Below, piece by piece: positions 62,325 through 64,000 of a stretch of DNA of 64,000 nucleotides. Position 1 is the first letter of the stretch. Every line of letters starts with the position of its first letter. A program made the position numbers and the translations under genes. The notes beneath the pieces are model-generated. The model had not been told where the DNA came from. It saw only the letters and a program-made list of their open reading frames with translations, and ran no database searches. The stretch comes from an uncultured Verrucomicrobiae bacterium (GTDB lineage Bacteria; Verrucomicrobiota; Verrucomicrobiia; Limisphaerales; Palsa-1400), in the NCBI GenBank assembly GCA_963764165.1, contig CAVXRD010000001.1, positions 1,499,070 through 1,563,069 of the forward strand. The letters are read 5' to 3'.

Positions 62325-63635
62325 ATGAAAAATGACGTATATCAAATCATTACGGACAAGATCATCCAATTGTTAGAGTCAGGCACCGTTCCGTGGCGAA
62401 GGCCATGGAACGGTGGGTATCGGCCTCCCCGAAACTTCATGAGTCGTAAGGTCTATCGAGGAATCAATCTGTTCCTCCTGGACTCCACGGGGTTTGCCTC
62501 GCCCTTCTGGCTGACGTTTAAGCAGGTTGAATCGTTGAACGGTCGGATAAAAAAAGGCGAAAAATCGCTTCCGGTTGTCTTCTGGAAAATTCTTGAGGAC
62601 GTAGATAACGGCGAAACCAGAAAGATTCCGTTTCTGCGCTATCATCGCGTGTTCAACGTCCTGCAATGCGAAGGAATCACAGTTCCAACCCCGCCGATGG
62701 TCAACGGGACATTTCAGCCCATCGAACGATGCGAGGATGTCGTTGCCAACATGCCTCACCGCCCGGCGATTGAACACGGAGGCGGACGCGCCTGCTATTC
62801 CCCTCAACGGGATGCCGTGAGCATTCCAGAAGCAAGTCTCTTTGAATCGCCTCAGGCGTTTTACGGAACCTTGTTCCACGAATTGACGCATTCCACAGGG
62901 CATGTGTCACGGTTGAACCGCAAGGAGGTTGCCAACCCAAGTGATTTTGGCAGCGATCTCTACAGCCGCGAAGAATTGGTAGCGGAAATGGGTGCGGCAT
63001 TCCTCTCACGCCATTGCGAAATTGAGCATACGACGTTGGATCAATCGGCCAGCTATATTCAAAATTGGCTGGAGCGATTGAAGGAAGACCGCAAACTCGT
63101 CGTTCATGCAGCCGCGCAGGCCCAAAAAGCCTGCGATTTCATCCTCGATATAAAACCCGAGGACGAAGGGCCGATTCAAGAGCAACCCAAGGAGTTCAAG
63201 GTGGTGGCGCTACGCGAATGCGCGACGCCGGAAAACATGCACATCTGCGACACGCCACAGCTTGCCGCCGATTACTGGAAGCTGCATATCGCCACTTCGG
63301 TTCAGTTCAATTCTGAATGTGAGTGCTTGGTAGTGCTGCTTTTGAACACCCGTCGCCGGGTCAAGGGCCATTACATCGTATCCACCGGAACGCTGGACGC
63401 CGTATTCGTCCATTGCCGAGACGTATTCCGAACTGCAATTATTGGCGCAGCCTCGGCCATCGTGATTATGCACCACCACCCAAGTGGCGAGCCACAGCCG
63501 TCCGAAGCCGACATCAAAGTTACCCGCGATTTGATCCGAGCCGGTAAACTTCTAAAAATCGAGGTTATGGATCATGTCATCATTGGAAATCCGACCCATT
63601 GTTCTTTGCGAGAGCTTGGCTATTTTTATAGCTAA
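62325..63635 (+). CDS. ardC: ArdC-like ssDNA-binding/zincin protein fused to a RadC/JAB domain
   Basis: VPWRRPW..YRGIN..WLTFKQ..KGEK..VFN; HELTHSTGH..YSREELVAE; C-term LLLNTR..GTLD..RDVF..HHHPSGEPQPSEAD..DHVIIG. Confidence 0.85.
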   Translation: MKNDVYQIITDKIIQLLESGTVPWRRPWNGGYRPPRNFMSRKVYRGINLFLLDSTGFASPFWLTFKQVESLNGRIKKGEKSLPVVFWKILEDVDNGETRKIPFLRYHRVFNVLQCEGITVPTPPMVNGTFQPIERCEDVVANMPHRPAIEHGGGRACYSPQRDAVSIPEASLFESPQAFYGTLFHELTHSTGHVSRLNRKEVANPSDFGSDLYSREELVAEMGAAFLSRHCEIEHTTLDQSASYIQNWLERLKEDRKLVVHAAAQAQKACDFILDIKPEDEGPIQEQPKEFKVVALRECATPENMHICDTPQLAADYWKLHIATSVQFNSECECLVVLLLNTRRRVKGHYIVSTGTLDAVFVHCRDVFRTAIIGAASAIVIMHHHPSGEPQPSEADIKVTRDLIRAGKLLKIEVMDHVIIGNPTHCSLRELGYFYS

Positions 63636-63674
63636 AAAACAACCCCGACCAGACTTGGCCGGGGCTTTTATTTT
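63636..63674. terminator. bidirectional terminator
   Basis: A-tract, CCCCGACCA-GACT-TGGCCGGGG stem, T-tract, between convergent genes. Confidence 0.65.
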
Positions 63675-63729
63675 ACGGGCGTATCCATCCACGACAAGCA
63701 ATTCACTTTATTTTTGGCGGCGGAAGAAT

Positions 63730-64000
63730 TCACCCGACGGTTCCTTGGACTAATCTTTGCATGAAATCGCACACTCGATCAAAAACCCCTACGGCCTCTG
63801 ACGCTTTATATGAACTGCGGGTGTGCATTGTGTTGTTTCTCCAATTCTGCCGAAAAACATTCATTTCATCTGTAATCGCTCTGTAAAAATCCAGCTTCTT
63901 GAATTCTCCCTTTTTCTTCCTTTTGCTTTTGTCATACTTTTGCTGGCGTAATTCGATTTTGGCTCTTATGGCCTTAATCAACGTTCCCCAGTCGGCAGAC
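63730..64000 (-). CDS. HEPN-like protein, 3' part (runs off right edge)
   Basis: Frame open to the edge: ..ADWGTLIKAI..WRNNTMH (R-x4-H)..Y..EA..F. Confidence 0.55.
   Translation of the reverse strand, partial: SADWGTLIKAIRAKIELRQQKYDKSKRKKKGEFKKLDFYRAITDEMNVFRQNWRNNTMHTRSSYKASEAVGVFDRVCDFMQRLVQGTVG

Larger units (their letters stand above)
15739..64000. mobile_element. composite genomic island / integrative element in comM, extending past the right edge
   Basis: Broken comM at left; serine recombinase, coupling-protein-like ATPase, replication-relaxation protein, primase, ArdC and defence genes inside; no core housekeeping genes seen to 64000. Confidence 0.75.

Overview
Probably a Verrucomicrobia-like (Pedosphaera/Limisphaerales-type) chromosome, inferred from a prepilin/H-X9-DG protein, a BspA-like LRR surface protein and ECF sigma-Ser/Thr kinase modules. 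Bases 1-15.7 kb look like backbone (GT2, acyltransferase, YraN, NtrC-type regulator, rpsU, LRR and ankyrin proteins) with one 201-bp MITE. At ~15,738 the 3' part of comM/yifB is joined to an att-like half-site, and the comM 5' part is not in the window, so everything to the right looks like a composite island of more than 48 kb. The island holds a tRNA 3' remnant, ECF/kinase and two-component signalling cargo, repeated HTH units with palindromic att-like sites, an AT-richer operon (two nucleotide kinases, B12 radical SAM, beta-RFAP-synthase-like enzyme, NUDIX), a large serine recombinase, defence genes (MBL+TM pair, HTH-HsdM-S/HsdR, PHP-ATPase) and a mobilisation module (coupling-protein-like ATPase, replication-relaxation protein, primase, ArdC-RadC). 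The two best candidates for something new are (1) a tandem array of orphan recombinase 3'-tail segments with a shared 30-bp motif separating cargo cassettes downstream of the recombinase, which is integron-like, and (2) the putative C-nucleoside/nucleotide-analogue operon. All calls come from reading motifs by eye; no searches were run.
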